From Laetmonice hystrix (taxonomy: Eukaryota): a stretch of 64,000 nt of DNA. The notes under the pieces are model-generated. The model did no database searches and was not told the DNA's origin. It was given only the letters and a program-made list of their open reading frames with translations. Position 1 is the stretch's first letter, and the number at the start of each line of letters is the position of its first letter. The stretch lies in assembly GCA_965235115.1 (NCBI GenBank), contig OZ249436.1:38938001-39002000 (forward strand), given 5' to 3'. A program made the translations under genes and the position numbers. Shown one piece after another: positions 41,466-54,716 of this stretch.

Positions 41466-42470
41466 GAATAGGCGGACAGAGAGACAAATTAATTATGACT
41501 CAAAATATGCATAATAAATTTTATAATGGTATTATATATAGCTTGACCTCGGGCATATAACAATCTCGGAATCCTTTCTAGACAGCGCCAACATACTACA
41601 GCTTAAAGATAGTAAACAGATAATGGTAACAGCTATAATCTTCTCGGTCCTATCCCAATAAAGATGGTCGTATAGAATTTTAACCCTTTAAGCGTCATTA
41701 TATAGGCCCTTGGAGAGTCTAAGCGATACGAAGACCAAGAAATATTCCGAGGGCAGACAGACCCTTGGATCGAGTCTCTGTTATATATATACAGGGTCCA
41801 TTATACAGTGTACCATCCATACCCTCTTCCGGTTGTTATGTATATATAAGCGCCCCGTATCAAATCCTCGCTCAAGCCTTGATACAATGGTTGGTGCCAA
41901 TGCAGCCATTCATGCTTCCGATTCATATGAAGGACGGGGTCGGCAGGAGCGAGTACTGCGGGCCGCCGGGCCTCGCCGATCAATATATGCGGTAAGATGT
42001 ACGGCTCGGGGCGGTATACGGGACCACCGCTTCCCTCGGAGACAGGCCGCCCGACCACCGCCACCCGTCGACTGGGTGCAGTGCCTGTCCGCATGTCACC
42101 CCTCATTCTCCAGTAAAACTAGTCTCTACCCTTGTCGTGGGGAGGGGGAAGTAATTTACTTATGACTGACATGAAGCATTTATTCTAAAGACATGTATCG
42201 GATCCCGTGTATTATGTGCCGGTGTATTGGTATTTATAAACTGCATGTCCATCATACCAGAGCTTGGACCCTCTATACCTGTATGCCAATACATTGTATT
42301 ATGTGTTATACCTTATACAAGCTATATACACTGCTATAACCAATGCAGGTCACTTAGGTCTATATTATTCAGGTCGATATGCATGGACAAGGTTGTCCAA
42401 TTGTTTGAGTCAAGAATCCTTACAAAATTAATAAATACACAGAACACAGCAACAGTATACCTATAGACAG

Positions 42471-42640
42471 GGGTGCGTTTCTATAAAGCATAAAAGACTC
42501 TTTGAGACACTCGCTGAACCCAAAGAGTCTTTGCAGCGACGTGGGGTTTCTATAACACTCTATTCTTTAACACTGGTTTCAAAAAGACTCGTTTGAAAGA
42601 CTTTTTGCGCAAGGACATCTTTCCTTACAGAAACGCACCC
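42471..42640. mobile_element. MITE (170 bp) in Pitx intron 2, Harbinger-like with CAG target-site duplication
   Basis: TIRs GGGTGCGTTTCTATAAAG / CCTTACAGAAACGCACCC. CAG lies on both sides (42468-42470, 42641-42643). Confidence 0.75.
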
Positions 42641-43060
42641 CAGAGGTTTCCCAATATCTCCCTATTTTCCTGGAAAAGGTCATTTCGACTACCCGATCTC
42701 GGCAGTATGACATGACGTGGACCCCAGTAGAGCCAAAGGTCGGAAATATTAGCACGTTCACGTTAAGTATGTACAGATTACATGGCTCGAGGTTGACTCC
42801 CCCATTAGCACTTTCCGTTTAGTGTATAAAGATAATTTCATGTTTGAAATATATACATTATATACCTATAGACCCGTTTCTTGATATCTAAAGATAAAAC
42901 CAACAAACTGTTGGACATAATAACGGTATACCCATGATGGCATAGAATGCAGGGCGGCCAGCATGCACGCCGAACTGTGAACAGCATCCTTATAGAATGA
43001 TATAGAAGTATAATCCATTCAACTTCACGGCCCCAGTCACCACAGTCCTTCAGGAATAAA

Positions 43061-43747
43061 CCGGTCAGGAGGAAGGCATTATTTTCACTGGCACTCTCAC
43101 AGTCACTGCATCGTGCAGACTCACACTAGCTGCTGACACTGCATGTAAAATACACTGTCCGGTCAGGAGGAAAGCATTATTTTCACTGACACTTTCACAG
43201 TCACTGCATCGTGAGACATTCTTACCTTGCTGACACTGCATGTAAAATACACTGTCCGGTCAGGAGGAAAGCATTATTTTCACTGACACTTTCACAGTCA
43301 CTGCATCGTGAGACATTCTTACCTTGCTGACACTGCATGTAAAATACACTGTCCGGTCAGGAGGAAAGCATTATTTTCACTGACACTTTCACAGTCACTG
43401 CATCGTGAGACATTCTTACCTTGCTGACACTGCATGTAAAATACACTGTCCGGTCAGGAGGAAAGCATTATTTTCACTGACACTCTCACAGTCACTGCAT
43501 CGTATAGACTCACACTAGCTGCTGACACTGCATGTTAAATACACTGTCCGGTCAGGAGGAACGCATTATTTTCACTAGCACTCTCACAGTCACTGCATCG
43601 TGTAGACTCACACTAGCTGCTGACACTGCATGTAAAATACACTGTCCGGTCAGGAGGAAGGCATTATTTTCACTGGCACTCTCACAATCACTGCATCGTG
43701 TAGACTCACAGTAGCTGCTGACACTGCATGTAAAATACATTGTCCGT
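43061..43747. repeat. 97-98-bp tandem repeat in Pitx intron 2, 7 copies
   Basis: CCGGTCAGGAGGAA recurs at 43061, 43159, 43256, 43353, 43450, 43548 and 43646. Confidence 0.97.
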
Positions 43748-46173
43748 GCAATGTAAACAGAAACGTTCAAGAAAGAGCAACACTGCACTCTTAAAATATA
43801 ATTTTGCATAGAATACCGAAAGTGTCGATTTGATTGATCTGTAGCATAATCATTTTCTCATCAATATGATATATTACAGGTATATGTCTCTCGAATCTAC
43901 ATCGAAGTAAAGTACTTTTTCGGTGCATTTCACTGCTGCCAAAATAAGTATTACTGTCCTTCTGCATGATTATCATACATACAGATGTATAAATATGATA
44001 TGTATTATTATATTTTACATCTATTACATCATTGCTGCTATAATTGCTATCACTCTTTCCTATATATGATAACATGATAATCTTTTTGTTCCTATATACA
44101 TATCATTTTCTTATACCCTTTATATATTGATAATAGTGATAATTAGTCTTATTTTTATATAATATTATCAGACAAGGCATTTCTGAATTCACGAGCAAAC
44201 GCATGAACCATGTAAATATAGGCCTACTTCGCGTTAACATTAAAAATTAAAATTAATTTGTATATAAAATTGAGTGAATAACGGTTGTTCACAGCGCTGG
44301 CCTCGCAGAAAATATACGGTTTACCTTCATTAGCAATGCATGAATAGCTAAACAGAAATGTCGTAATGAAAAGACACCAATCAGCGCGATAATAATATGT
44401 TTTGCGGAAATGTTCTGTAACCTATATAACCAGACGTATCCCCGTGTTGATTGTATAAATGCGATGTCAAACATTGTGATGGATGGGAGTGGTGTGTATA
44501 GTAGGGGCCGTGAGGCGGTTTGTCTTGGCCCGGTCGGTGGGCGCCCCGCCCGGGGCCGGGTACCGGGTATAGACCGCCAGGTACCGCCGGCAGCGGACGG
44601 AACGGACCCCGGCAGAATTCCGTAGCGCCCAGCCTCCCGCTTTCAGAACCTTTTCCGCGTTCATTCCCTTCTAGATACAATGTTGTCGATTTCTACGGAT
44701 GTAGGCTCTTTGAGCACATGGAAATGGCATGACAAACATCCAACCCCAACCCGAACAAAGCAAATACAGCAGGCATATATAAATATTCATCTGATCGGCC
44801 GTATCCTTCCTGGCAGGAAAACGATTCGTCACGTAGTGTTAGGGACGGTTTCCACTCGGCACAAAGAGACGGAAAGTCAAGGCGGCAGTCCGGGGCTGCA
44901 TTCCCTTTCTGTGGGTTGAGGTATAGTCTCAGACAGGGCTCGAGACGGTATTGTTCCTGACCGACTCCGAAGGCACTGCGACACAAGGATCTAAGGGCGG
45001 GCCGTCAGGGAGCTTTCCCGGCCACAGGATGCATGCCGCCGGGAGTGTTGGCGACCGGGGGCCGCCAGCGCCGCCACCCGAGCCACCCGGGCCCTGCGCT
45101 CACCGCTCGCTGGCCGCGCACAGTGTACGCAAGCCCTATTATAGATCTATACCCTCACCGCGGAGCAAGACCGATGGCACACATCACTCGAACTGTGTGG
45201 ACTTTAGGTTAATTCTTGTTTAAATCCTTTTTGGAAGAAGCTATAGCTGATAAGGCTTCAGTGTTTATATGTCATAGAAAATAAGGTATAGTTTGACGCA
45301 TCAGCACCCTAAGCCCGGTCATGAATTTAACTGCAGATTGATTTAGTAAGGTCTCCATGCTATTTTGCCTTGCATCTCTGCTATGGGCAGAGATATCTTT
45401 TGAGGAAGCTGTACTTGGCCTGGAGGATGATATTCTAGTTTTAAATAACATGTATACTTAGAAATTTACGAGAGCGCTGACTAGAATTTTATAGGATGAG
45501 CGTGTAGACCAACAGAGCTATAGAGGAAATTTCAGGCGTGGGCCTATACATAATTTATAAACGGCTTAATGGTATCGCTGCCGTGCCTTGTCGCGCCACG
45601 CTGAGACGTATATTTGACAATACTGTCTCCAGTGATATAAGATCCACTGTCCAGTGTACAGTTTTCAAGCATGTCCATCTGGATCTTTACTGGATCCATC
45701 CACACATCTTTATGCACTGCATGTGTACTGGAATAATTATTCCTCCTATGATGTTGGCTGTCCTTGTACACGAATATAGAAAATCATTTATTATAGAGTG
45801 GAGGTTTATGGTTTAACTCTAAAAATAGAACAAGTGAAAAGCTTATAATTATCAGGCTGCCATGATGTGATATTGATGTTAATTGGAATGACCTGATTTG
45901 AATATCGAGTTGCCTGCAGTTTAGGTGCCCATACAGGTCTATAACTTCTATATTATTCTACATGATTGTGGTCTTGATCTGATGTTTAATATGCGTAGAC
46001 GAATGTATGCTTCCTTTCCAATGTCAGAGACCGTTGCCGTCCAAGGGGGAGGCTCTCCAGCCCCTGTCATTGGCAAGGACATCGAGATGTATACAAACAA
46101 TCATAATATATCAGCCACGAAGGCCTATATATATTATATAATATAGGTATAGATCTGCACCTATACTACATTA

Positions 46174-46887
<714 letters not shown>

Positions 46888-48512
46888 CTATAATACTAAT
46901 TTAGTATTAATGATGGGGAATCAAAGCATGACCGAGGGACAAAGAATATAGGACTAAATAGGGGCCTAATTTCAGTTCAGTGTCTATTCTCGAATGGTCC
47001 TTGGAAAGAATATAGTTGTTACATGGATGCAGGTCTAATGACCCATTAACAGGCATCCTTTGAAGTATCGCACATTCATACAAAGGGAACCTATAAGAAT
47101 AACATTCGAATTTTCAATTATGTACTGTCTCATTGATTTTCTTTAGCTTGAAGTGTATAACACGGTCATCTCACCCAAAATGTACCTAATCTAAAGTATA
47201 ACTATTTTATTCTTAACAAAAAGTTCAATGTTTTGATTTTCTCCTTATTGACCACAGCTTATACATGAATGTAATGTCACATGTTATGTAACATACATGA
47301 TTTAAGCCTACATAAACACACGATAACATAAATGCATTTGCGTGCATTTTTCTTGCGCTTTCCCAATGACAAAATAATATAGTGCATCTCTTTAACTTCA
47401 TTGTTAGGTATTATGAAATATATTCATATCATTTTATTTTTAAGGAGCACACTCAAATCTAAAATATAAAAGTAATATATTGGATTGGTATGTACGCTGC
47501 TTGGACAGTGGTCGATCTTAAGACACATTCCTGGTGGAGATATATTTCTGAGCAAGACTTTATGGAACGTAATCGTTAAAGTCTCTATCTCCGGACAGAT
47601 CCCTGCCGGAAGTTCTTTGGTTCAAGAACAGGCAAGAACTCCCCAAGAGAAGCCCGATGCCAAACACGCATTTAAACAGCCCGAGTTGTACAGAGTATAG
47701 GCCTTAGGTTATTGATCGTACAGCGAAAAGTAGATCTCTACAAGAGGTGCGCCCCCCTCCCCCTCGCAAACAAGTCCATTCATATGATTTCTTCAAGACA
47801 TTTTCTTGAATGTTGGATATAGGAAGGGCACAAACAGGGGCGAGCAAATGATCATTAAGGTCACGAGTCCGGCCTACAAAGGCATAGCGACAAGGCAAAT
47901 ATACCGACCCGGCCTGGCCCCTTGCCCCCCTCCACTGCTATAGTGTTTGTCTGTGAACGAGGACAGCGTCATTTTGAAAAATGTATCCTATACCACGACA
48001 CAGACGCCATGACACACGAGGAGACGGTTCCTTCCCTGGCGTAAAATGTGCGGCTCTTTCCTAGTGGATCGGACCGGAAGGAAAGACGGAAAGGTTGAAT
48101 GAAGGGAAAGGCGTTGTGGTATATACTGCGCAGCCAGTCACGAGTGTTAAAATATGCATTAGCTGAAAGGAGCTTGGCGATCCCATATTTATTGTATCTG
48201 TGGCTAAATGCTCCGTTTATAATTAAACAGCTATTAACCAGCTTTCATCTTCCTAATGAGGCAAAGCGTGCTAATACATACGGGACCTCTCAATTAAATA
48301 TGGCGCTCAGATTAGATGCACTCGCGGAGATACATTGGAATGGGGGATATACATGACCGTATATGCGACACGGGACGTCCTGGTCGTAACCCTCAATGCA
48401 TGGAATGGGTATCCACCTTGTAGGCCTACAATTAGCTATAGTAGGCCTATACGGCCGGGTCAGACGGAGGATACTTGTAATCTAATAGATATGATATGGT
48501 GGATGCATATAC

Positions 48513-48846
48513 CTTCTTTGACGTTAACGTTGAGTGTGGAGGCGGTATGCAGGCTCCTGTCGAGCTCCGCTGCCGGTGGGGCGGGCGCCGCTCCCAGCTT
48601 CTGGTGGTGTTGGTGGTGGGGGTGGTGCCCGTCTGCCGCCGAGCCCGAGGCCGCCGCACCCGCCGACTGCCCCAGCGTCACCACCGAGTGCCCGGGGTCC
48701 TTGACATGGCCGTGTATATGGCCGTGACTCCGACCGTGACCGTGACTGTGCAGTTGGCGAACTGTCATCTCAGTTAACCTGGGCTCGGATCCCTCGCATC
48801 CTGCCACGAACTCCTCCAGGCATAGCGACTCATTCAGTGACTCCAT
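48513..48846 (-). CDS. Pitx: Pitx homeobox transcription factor, coding exon 1 (N-terminus MESLNESLCLEE..., His-rich)
   Basis: First in-frame ATG of ORF 48460-48924 is at 48846. The exon ends ...AAA GAA G|GTATAT (donor 48512-48511). Its 334 nt give phase 1, which matches the exon 2 acceptor (G+AA = Glu). Contains His-rich tracts HSHGHGRSHGHIHGH and HHPHHQHHQ. The start codon and first-exon status are inferred. Confidence 0.8.
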
Positions 48847-49129
48847 CGGGCTGAGATTGTCTCGGCGTGGTTCCTTTAATGCTCCCGGATCAGCGGCGTC
48901 TTTAGGCGGAGATCCAGCGTTCAAGATTGCGCTTTTCAGTTTTCTCGCCTAATCGCAAACGTCTGGGATCAGTGTTTCCAAAAACCGAATATATCCCTCT
49001 AGGTTTCTTCAGGGTATCTTTACGGATTACGTTTGGATAATGGCAGGCACACGTTAGGTTTGTCCGGCTAAGTGTGTCCTTTTTACGGACAGCGACGCGG
49101 CCGCAAGCTATGAAGCAGGCACGCCGAGG

Positions 49130-49230
49130 GAGTCTCCATAATACTACTGCTGCCTCTTCATTTGGCTATTTGAGCGCGCTGACCTCGTGACGTCACAACA
49201 TGTCGGGCGGCGGCGACCAATAATCCAGCT
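49130..49230 (-). promoter_or_regulatory. Putative Pitx proximal promoter
   Basis: About 300-380 bp upstream of the ATG there is a perfect CRE palindrome GTGACGTCAC (49187-49196) and an overlapping CCAAT/TAATCC (about 49216-49225) in CpG-rich context. The TSS is not demonstrable from sequence. Confidence 0.5.
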
Positions 49231-49987
49231 CCTATCCATGCTTTACATGTCGCCACAGGGAATACAATTACACGTGCCTCGTTAGGAAAATCCCGCATTG
49301 AAACACTAGCCGTGTTGGTTGACACCAGATTCTAATGTTATTTACCCGCCAAAGCTATGTTCAAGTGTGGAGGGAGCAACGCTATGCTGCCATTGTCGCT
49401 TAGGTAGTCTATGGCCGCCAGGTTTAGAAGCCGCATGCGTTAAAAGTATACTGAAAGTAAGTTTCCTGATTTTATGTATCTCTGCACCGGCTTAGTAAAG
49501 AGAAGCATATAGGCCTGATATATCTTATTGTTTGCGAAAATCTAATATAGGCATAGTATACTAGCTATTATGACGTATGTAATTTTTTGTCTCATTTTGT
49601 TGTTGTTGTTCGGTTCTTTGTTTTGTTATGTGTTCCTTCTTTTTAATAAAGGTTTGCTACATCACAATTATTATTCAGTCATTAGGCAATATAGGGTATT
49701 CTTGCCTCGTTGAACACCACCCAGTCCCGTACGAAAGATATAGCTTAAGCCTACCTACATAGATATAATATAATTATATTGATGAGTATTTTCTTTATGT
49801 ACGTTTATAATTATGTATTCGTCATGTATGCATGGACATGGCGCGAGTACGTGTAATCTCGTATCACTATGTATGTTAGGCCGATGTGTTGAATGCCTTT
49901 TGAGGTCTCTATGTATAGTTAAACAAAAATTATGTCATGCACCTATGAATATTTGGCATGTATCTATATTGTATTATATATCCGTAT

Positions 49988-52900
49988 GTGTGATAGACTG
50001 TATGAACTAGTCTGTTCCCGTGTATAGGCGATGTGACAGATTGTATGAACTGGTCTGTTCCCATGTATAGGCGATGTGACAGATTGTATGAACTGGTCTG
50101 TTCCCGTGTATAGGCGATGTGATAGATTGTCTGAACTGGTCTGTTCGTGTGTATAGGCGACGTGATAGATTGTATGAACTGGTCCGTTCGTGTGTATAGG
50201 CGATGTGACAGATTGTATGAACCGGTCTGTTCCCGTGTATACGCGATGTGACAGATTGTATGAACCGGTCTGTTCCCGTGTATACGCGATGTGACAGATT
50301 GTATGAACCGGTCTGTTCCCGTGTATACGCGATGTGACAGATTGTATGAACCGGTCTGTTCCCGTGTATACGCGATGTGACAGATTGTATGAACCGGTCT
50401 GTTCGTGGGTATAGGCGATGTGATAGATTGTATGAACTGTCTGTTCCCGTGTATAGGCGATGTGACAGATTGTATCAACTTGTCTGTTGGTGTGTATAGG
50501 CGATGTGACAGATTGTATCAACTTGTCTGTTGGTGTGTATAGGCGATGTGACAGATTGTATGAACCGGTCTGTTCGTGGGTATAGGCGATGTGACAGATT
50601 GTATGAACTGGTCTGTTCCCATGTATAGGCGATGTGACAGATTGTATGAACTGGTCTGTTGGTGTGTATAGGCGATGTGACAGATTGTATGAACCGGTCT
50701 GTTCGTGGGTATAGGCGATGTGACAGATTGTATGAACTGGTCTGTTCCCATGTATAGGGGATGTGACAGATTGTCTGAACTGGTCTCTTCCCGTGTATAG
50801 GCGATGTGAAAGATTGTATGAACTGGTCTGTTCGTGTGTATAGGCGATGTGACAGATTGTATGAACCGGTCTGTTCGTGTGCATAGGCGATGTGAAAGAT
50901 TGTATGAACGTGTATAGTAGTGTGTATAGGCGATGTGACAGATTGTATGAACTGGTCTGTTCGTGTGTATAGGGGATGTGACAGATTGTATGAACTGATC
51001 TGTTCCCGTGTATAGGGGATGTGACAGATTGTATGAACCGGTCTGTTCGTGTGTATAGGCGATGTGACAGATTGTATCAACTTGTCTGTTGGTGTGTATA
51101 GGCGATGTGACAGATTGTATGAACCGGTCTGTTTGCGTGTAGAGGCGATGTGGCAGATTGTATGAACTGGTCCGTTCGTGTGTATAGGCGATGTGACAGA
51201 ATGTATGAACGGGTCTGTTCGTGTGTATAGGCGATGTGACAGATTGTATGAACGGGTCTGTTCGTGTGTATAGGCGATGTGACAGATTGTATGAACCGGT
51301 CTGTTCCCGTGTATACGCGATGTGACAGATTGTATGAACTGGTCTGTTCGTGTGTATAGGCGATGTGACAGATTGTATGAACGGGTCTGTTCGTGTGTAT
51401 AGGCGATGTGACAGATTGTATGAACGGGTCTGTGTGTGTGTATAGGCGATGTGACAGATTGTATGAACCGGTCTGTTCCCGTGTATACGCGATGTGACAG
51501 ATTGTATGAACTGGTCTGTTCGTGTGTATAGGCGATGTGACAGAGTGTATAAACTGTTCTGTTCCAGTGTATAGGCGATGTGCCAGATTGTATGACCTGT
51601 TCTGTTCCCGTGTATAGGCGATGTGACAGATTGCATGAACTGGTCTGTTCCCGTGTGTATAGGCGATGTGACAGATTGTATGAACTGGTCTGTTCGTGTG
51701 TATAGGCGATGTGACAGAGTGTATGAACTGTCTGTTCCCGCGTATAGGCGATGTGACAGATTGTATGAACTGGTCTGTTCCCGTGTGTATAGGCGATGTG
51801 ACAGATTGTATGAACTGTCTGTTCCCGTGTATAGGCGATGTAACAGATTGTGTGAACGGATCTGTTCGCGTGTATAGGCGATGTGACAGATTGTATGAAC
51901 TGGTCTGTTGGTGTGTATAGGCGATGTGACAGATTGTATGAACTTGTCTGTTGGTGTGTATAGGCGATGTAACAGATTGTGTGAACGGATCTGTTCGCGT
52001 GTATAGGCGATGTGACAGATTGTATCAACTTGTCTGTTGGTGTGTATAGGCGATGTGACAGAGTGTATGAACTGGTCTGTTGGTGTGTATAGGCGATGTG
52101 ACAGATTGTATGAACTGGTCTGTTGGTGTGTATAGGCGATGTGACAGATTGTATGAACTGGTCTGTTCCCGTGTGTATAGGCGATGTGACAGATTGTATG
52201 AACTGGTCTGTTCGTGTGTATAGGCGATGTGACAGAGTGTATGAACTGTCTGTTCCCGCGTATAGGCGATGTGACAGATTGTATGAACTGGTCTGTTCCC
52301 GTGTGTATAGGCGATGTGACAGATTGTATGAACTGTCTGTTCCCGTGTATAGGCGATGTAACAGATTGTGTGAACGGATCTGTTCGCGTGTATAGGCGAT
52401 GTGACAGATTGTATGAACTGGTCTGTTGGTGTGTATAGGCGATGTGACAGATTGTATGAACTTGTCTGTTGGTGTGTATAGGCGATGTGACAGAGTGTAT
52501 GAACTGGTCTGTTGGTGTGTATAGGCGATGTGACAGATTGTATGAACTGGTCTGTTGGTGCGTATAGGCGATGTGACAGAGTGTATGAACGGGTCTGTTG
52601 GTGTGTATAGGCGATGTGACAGATTGTATGAACTGGTCTGTTGGTGTGTATAGGCGATGTGACAGATTGTATGAACTTGTCTGTTGGTGTGTATAGGCGA
52701 TGTAACAGATTGTGTGAACGGATCTGTTCGCGTGTATAGGCGATGTGACAGATTGTATCAACTTGTCTGTTCGTGTGTATAGGCGATGTAACAGATTGTG
52801 TGAACGGATCTGTTCGCGTGTATAGGCGATGTGACAGATTGTATCAACTTGTCTGTTCGTGTGTATAGGCGATGTAACAGATTGTGTGAACGGATCTGTT

Positions 52901-53148
52901 CGTGTGTATAGGCGATGTGACAGATTGCATGAACGGGTCTGTTCGTGTGTATAGGCGATGTGACAGATTGTATGAACTGTCTGTTCCCGTGTATAGGCGA
53001 TGTAACAGATTGTGTGAACGGATCTGTTATCGTGTATAGGCGATGTGACAGATTGCATGAACGGGTCTGTTCGTGTGTATAGACGATGTGACAGATTGCA
53101 TGAACGGGTCTGTTCGCCTGTATGTATGACAGATTGTATGAACTGATC
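49988..53148. repeat. 43-bp satellite (TGTGACAGATTGTATGAACTGGTCTGTTCGTGTGTATAGGCGA), roughly 73 copies, upstream of Pitx
   Basis: Monomer period is 43 with 42- and 45-bp variants. There is an internal block duplication of about 518 bp (identical ORF translations at 51696 and 52214). Confidence 0.98.
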
Positions 53149-54614
53149 TCCAGGCGCCAATACTATCATATTATATAGGCCTAACATTATCTGGCCCCTA
53201 TACCCTGATTGCGTATGACTGACTAACTCCCTACAAAAAAGCATACTGTGGTAGCAGGGAGATCCAGGATTTTTAGGAGGGGGGGGGAGAGCAGCTTAGA
53301 AGGGGCTTACTATCGTGCTAAACCTCGCTCCTAGCTTGAGACCCTGGCCTATGTAAACATCATCCGAATTTTAGAGGGTCCTGTAGCGTATTCATGTATA
53401 TATTACAGTTCCTTATGCAATTATTGTGCTCATAACAAATCAAACATTGCCCCACATAATATTACGATAGACCAGACCAGTTCACACAATCTGTTACATC
53501 GCTGAGTGTATCGAGATAATGAGTTTTACAAAACGTGTATCCACGCATGTTTAAACATAAACGATTGCATTATGTTATGTTAATCATACCTATATTCAAA
53601 CATAAATGTATGTTTGCATATAGGTCCACTGTTATGGCGTAATCTTTTAGTGTCCCCGGTTGTATATCCGTGTAGGCCTATAATGGAGTTACAGTTTTTT
53701 ATGGTTTAAACCGTATATTTCACATAAAGCTGTTCGGCCAACTCCGATATTGTACGGTATACGCAGTGACCATGTCACCGCCCCCCCCCCTCTATAGCTG
53801 CTATCTATCTGTCTGCCTGGATACCGCTGTGTGTTTGAGTCGCTCTAACCATAGAGACTCTATGCTCTAACTGCTGACTGAATGAATCAATATCTCAGTG
53901 GATAACACGCAGTCCATGCACCCAGCTTCCCCATCGAGCCCAGGATTCTTACTTAGGCCAACATTTTATTGGGGTCGGGGTCGGGGCGAGAGTGCATGGG
54001 GTGGAGATGGGTTGGGGTGTGTGGTACAGGATCGTAAAGATACCCCTAATAATTTTTATTGATGGTGATTAAGAATGCTATATCAGAAAAGGAAGGAAAT
54101 ATTAATACACATGTATATAAATATTTGAATAAATAAAGAAATAAATAACAATCATATACCAACATTTTTTTTCATGATATTTTTCCTTGCTGATAGCGCG
54201 GTATGGCGGCCTGGTTGGCCGGCCGGCTGGCTGGCTTGCCTGTCGGAATGGTCCGGCGGTGACCTTCGATCTGAGACAGGGCACGTAGGGTTTAATACTA
54301 GTTGATCCCTCCAGGACAAAGTGGGTTGGTCCGTCGGCCGTGCTCGCTACACTCTATTTGCTATGATTCGAAAGGATTACTCCGCTCATGATAATTGGGA
54401 GTCGGTTGATGTAAGGCTCGGCGCGGGATTTTCGACGATGAAGCCAGGCAGAATTGGTCTAGAATTGAAATGGTATCATTAGCACTGGCCTGGACACATT
54501 TATGTAATCCCGATCTTGCCCTCCTTTCGACAGCAAGGAATGAATGCTAACGACCAAGATGTAGTCGTAACATTTTTAGACAGGGTCTATATCCAATCAT
54601 TGTGGTGTTGACTT

Positions 54615-54668
54615 CTCTGTCTCTGTCTCCGTCTCTCTCTATCTCTCTCTCTCTATCTATCTCTATCT

Positions 54669-54715
<47 letters not shown>
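54615..54715. repeat. (CT)n microsatellite
   Basis: Visible CT run with degenerate flank. Confidence 0.95.

Positions 54716-54716
<1 letters not shown>

Noticed and set aside
43061..43747. Intronic repeat as a FoxH1-site array like the vertebrate Pitx2 asymmetric enhancer
   Set aside because: The units contain AATACACT, which does not match the AAT(C/A)CACA consensus.
49930..53244. ORFs of 182-908 aa
   Set aside because: They result from a stop-poor strand of the 43-bp satellite, whose unit is not a multiple of 3.
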